Shown here piece after piece: positions 63,733 through 64,000 of a stretch of 64,000 nucleotides of DNA. The position numbers and the translations under genes are program-made. The stretch spans positions 3,328,001 to 3,392,000 of the forward strand of contig OZ250150.1 in assembly GCA_965237675.1 (NCBI GenBank). Reading direction: 5' to 3'. Numbering within the stretch: the first letter of the stretch is position 1; every line of letters begins with the position of its first letter. The DNA is from Candidatus Latescibacterota bacterium. Its GTDB lineage: Bacteria; Latescibacterota; UBA2968; GCA-2709665. The notes beneath the pieces were generated by a model. That model was not told the origin of the DNA. It made no database searches and was given only the letters and a program-made list of their open reading frames with translations.

Positions 63733-64000
63733 CTACAGAACCGGCAATTCCCCGCGAGCGGATTCCGATAGGATTTCGCAACCGGTATCGGTCACAACAA
63801 CATCTTCTTCGAGCATGAAGTACGCGCCGTCTGTATACAGTGAAGGTTCCACGGTGAGTACCATGCCTTCCTCCAGGAGACTGTCGTCTTCAAGTTCGAT
63901 AAAGGGGGGCTCGATGATATCAAGGCCTATGGAATGTCCGATTCCGGTGACGCGCCGCGCCTGGTCAACATAGCCCGCAGCCGCCAGCGTCTCGATCGAG
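63733..64000 (-). CDS. M24 (Xaa-Pro peptidase-like) family protein, C-terminal part (partial)
   Basis: Manual translation ...GHSIGLDIIEPP...LEEGMVLTVEP.LY...LEEDVVVTDTGCEILS. Confidence 0.85.
   Translation of the reverse strand, partial: SIETLAAAGYVDQARRVTGIGHSIGLDIIEPPFIELEDDSLLEEGMVLTVEPSLYTDGAYFMLEEDVVVTDTGCEILSESARGELPVL

Noticed and set aside
1-64000. CRISPR arrays, rRNA genes, prophage genes, introns or inteins
   Set aside because: No regularly spaced repeats, rRNA-like sequence, phage hallmark genes or unexplained large insertions in core genes were seen.

Overview
Bacterial chromosomal window of roughly 60% GC by eye. The ribosomal protein and RNA polymerase sequences suggest an FCB-associated lineage such as Latescibacterota or a relative (inference). 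Positions 1.4-31.8 kb hold a fused ribosomal superoperon: tRNA-Tyr/Gly/Thr, rpmG, tRNA-Trp, secE, nusG, rplKAJL, rpoBC, then the str, S10, spc and alpha clusters. Housekeeping and metabolic genes follow: GHL10, rlmD, greA, a dapA-like gene, an adk-like gene, a propeller-SpoIIE sensor phosphatase, folD, a eukaryote-type large purL, HAD, AKR, ribokinase, bamD, nadD, zapA, GT2, MFS, D-2-hydroxyacid dehydrogenase, DUF1015 and a partial M24 peptidase. The most notable region is a visibly lower-GC island at about 40.2-47.0 kb. It encodes a divergent three-gene chaperone-like module: a short GrpE-like protein, an 832-aa Hsp70 with an extra inserted domain, and a 558-aa protein with an HPD-less J-domain-like N-terminus and PH-like C-terminal repeats. 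A decayed IS3 element with a 4-bp AAAT duplication splits the module, and that IS carries a nested 77-bp CTAG-flanked MITE containing an NrdR-box-like palindrome. Other points of interest are natural substitutions in the RpoB rifampicin pocket and the S12 streptomycin loop, candidate attenuators upstream of an AKR gene and greA, and a perfect 28-bp hairpin.
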